Source: Thermoproteota archaeon
GTDB lineage: Archaea; Korarchaeota; Korarchaeia; Korarchaeales; Korarchaeaceae
Reading direction: 5' to 3'
Assembly (NCBI GenBank): GCA_015522685.1
Contig: WALU01000001.1
Span: forward strand, 1 to 14,739
Length of the DNA: 14,739 nucleotides
Part shown: one piece after another, positions 14,351 through 14,739 of the stretch
Layout: the number at the start of each line of letters is the position of its first letter
Position numbering within the stretch: position 1 is the first letter of the stretch
Notes under the pieces: model-generated
The model's database searches: none
What the model saw: only the letters and a program-made list of their open reading frames with translations
What the model was told of the DNA's origin: nothing
Translations under genes and position numbers: made by a program

Positions 14351-14739
14351 CCTAGGTATCCCCTCTATATTTTTCATATTAATATGTTCAATATTATATA
14401 AAAAAATAAGGGAAATTGCTGAGATCAGCTTATTTAATATTCACATTATAGATATAAAGAGAATAATACATTAATGGACTAATCCCCTTTAAGAGCATTA
14501 GCTAAATTCTCTGGTATCCCTCTTATAACCACAAATTTGCAGCACTAGGTTCCAAGCGAGTGGTTTGCACTCACAAATCAAATCGTAATTCTATGAATAT
14601 CCTGACTGCATTAAAAGCTAAGATCTTGGCATAAATATTTATTATATCTAGTAGAATAAGAGATTCTTTCTCTATAAGAAATATTAATGCTAAAAATCTT
14701 GAGCTTTATATAGGCTCATTTATTAATGTATCGTAATAC

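Noticed and set aside
14478-14700. Possible decayed gene upstream of nuoA (minus-strand fragment KFVVIRGIPENLANALKGD, vaguely like an amino-acid-kinase C-terminus)
   Set aside because: It is too short, the flanking frames are full of stops and there is no second supporting motif. BLASTx would be needed.

Overview
Archaeal chromosomal window. The nuo gene order, NuoD motif style, TATA/BRE promoters and GGTGA-type Shine-Dalgarno (SD) sites suggest a Thermoproteota/TACK lineage, which is inference. Most of the window is a minus-strand, translationally coupled operon for an 11-subunit complex I-like oxidoreductase (nuoA-B-C-D-H-I-J-K-M-L-N, no nuoEFG, no NiFe ligands). Downstream lie a YkgJ/CxxCxxCC gene, a convergent PD-(D/E)xK-like hypothetical gene, an unannotated frameshifted Nudix hydrolase pseudogene and an AMP-forming acetyl-CoA synthetase. 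Two things stand out. First, NuoL carries a 28-aa (84-bp period) duplication in its transverse helix, the hallmark of complexes with an extra antiporter subunit, yet the operon has only one nuoM. Second, a roughly 110-nt four-way-junction RNA-like structure with minus-strand G-U pairs lies right behind the ykgJ stop codon. No CRISPR array, tRNA, rRNA or transposase was seen.
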